From a virus (Duplodnaviria; Caudoviricetes), in IMG/VR virus record IMGVR_UViG_3300047272_000198, positions 1 through 24,799 of that record: a stretch of 24,799 nt of DNA. One strand, given 5' to 3'. The notes below the pieces were generated by a model. That model was not told where the DNA came from. It saw only the letters and a list, made by a program, of their open reading frames with translations, and searched no databases. Positions 24,418 through 24,799 of the stretch are shown one piece after another; within the stretch, counting starts at the first letter, position 1; each line of letters begins with the position of its first letter. The position numbers were made by a program, and so were the translations under genes.

Positions 24418-24575
24418 CTCGCCTCCCCATGCGACTCTGGTGTCGGTAGAACGCGCTGTTGCTTTGGCTGCACTACAAGCTTCCAGCCGTCCTGCAAAAA
24501 TTTCTTTGCTTCATCGCGGTAGTTGAATTTGCGGAACAGTTTTCCGTCGTCGTCGTATACCCAAAATCTCATCAT
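24411..24575 (-). CDS. Small hypothetical protein (54 aa)
   Basis: My translation MMRFWVYDDDGKLFRKFNYRDEAKKFLQDGWKLVVQPKQQRVLPTPESHGEARW. GGGGAG RBS, and it overlaps both neighbours. Confidence 0.55.
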   Translation of the reverse strand: MMRFWVYDDDGKLFRKFNYRDEAKKFLQDGWKLVVQPKQQRVLPTPESHGEARW

Positions 24576-24799
24576 ATTCGCTCCCCTTGTTCGGCAATCA
24601 GCTTATGAAAAATGTCTCCGGTGTTTTGCGTCTTGTCGGCTTGCCTTGCTTGCGACAACGTGATCTTGTTGCCGGTCGCCCATTCGGTGCGCAGCTTCTC
24701 CGCGTCGGCCACAAGCAAAGTCAAGGCATGACCTTTCATGACGTAGAACTGGCCGGAGTGCTGAACGTAGAACGCCGCAACATTGGGCGCATCGATACC
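24572..24799 (-). CDS. C-terminus of a putative replication initiator (truncated by the window edge)
   Basis: Open frame ...APNVAAFYVQHSGQFYVMKGHALTLLVADAEKLRTEWATGNKIT...QADKTQ, resembling phage replication-protein C-termini. Confidence 0.55.
   Translation of the reverse strand, partial: GIDAPNVAAFYVQHSGQFYVMKGHALTLLVADAEKLRTEWATGNKITLSQARQADKTQNTGDIFHKLIAEQGERI

Noticed and set aside
1-24799. Alternative genetic code or stop-codon readthrough
   Set aside because: Genes tile densely under the standard code and all three stop codons are used as true ends. The only break (rusA) is a frameshift, not an in-frame stop.

Overview
This window is an internal segment of a temperate, long-tailed (siphovirus-type) phage, probably infecting a proteobacterium (inference). 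The + strand (1-17442) is the late operon. It runs from the C-terminal part of the major capsid protein through head-tail joining, tail tube, a chaperone pair with a -1 frameshift site, tape measure and an RcGTA-like tail tip (DUF2460 / DUF2163 / NlpC-P60 / large tip protein). Next comes a tightly coupled accessory block: short tail fibre, 6-bladed beta-propeller, helical protein, cupin and Asp/Asn beta-hydroxylase-type 2OG-Fe(II) dioxygenase. The operon ends with a membrane/lysis cassette (holin-like genes, Rz with embedded Rz1) in which I see no endolysin. An intact attP lies at about 17447-17653, with a tRNA-Ser 3'-end core, arm-type repeats on both sides and an IHF consensus, so the sequence looks like the non-integrated form. 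The - strand (17621-24799) is the early region: integrase, excisionase, NinB, SSB, Gp157, ERF, a frameshifted rusA and replication genes. The best candidates for novelty are the fibre/propeller/cupin/hydroxylase block (possible phage-encoded modification or maturation of its own receptor-binding protein) and repeated structured intergenic elements upstream of ssb. All family assignments come from motif recognition and synteny by eye; no database searches were run.
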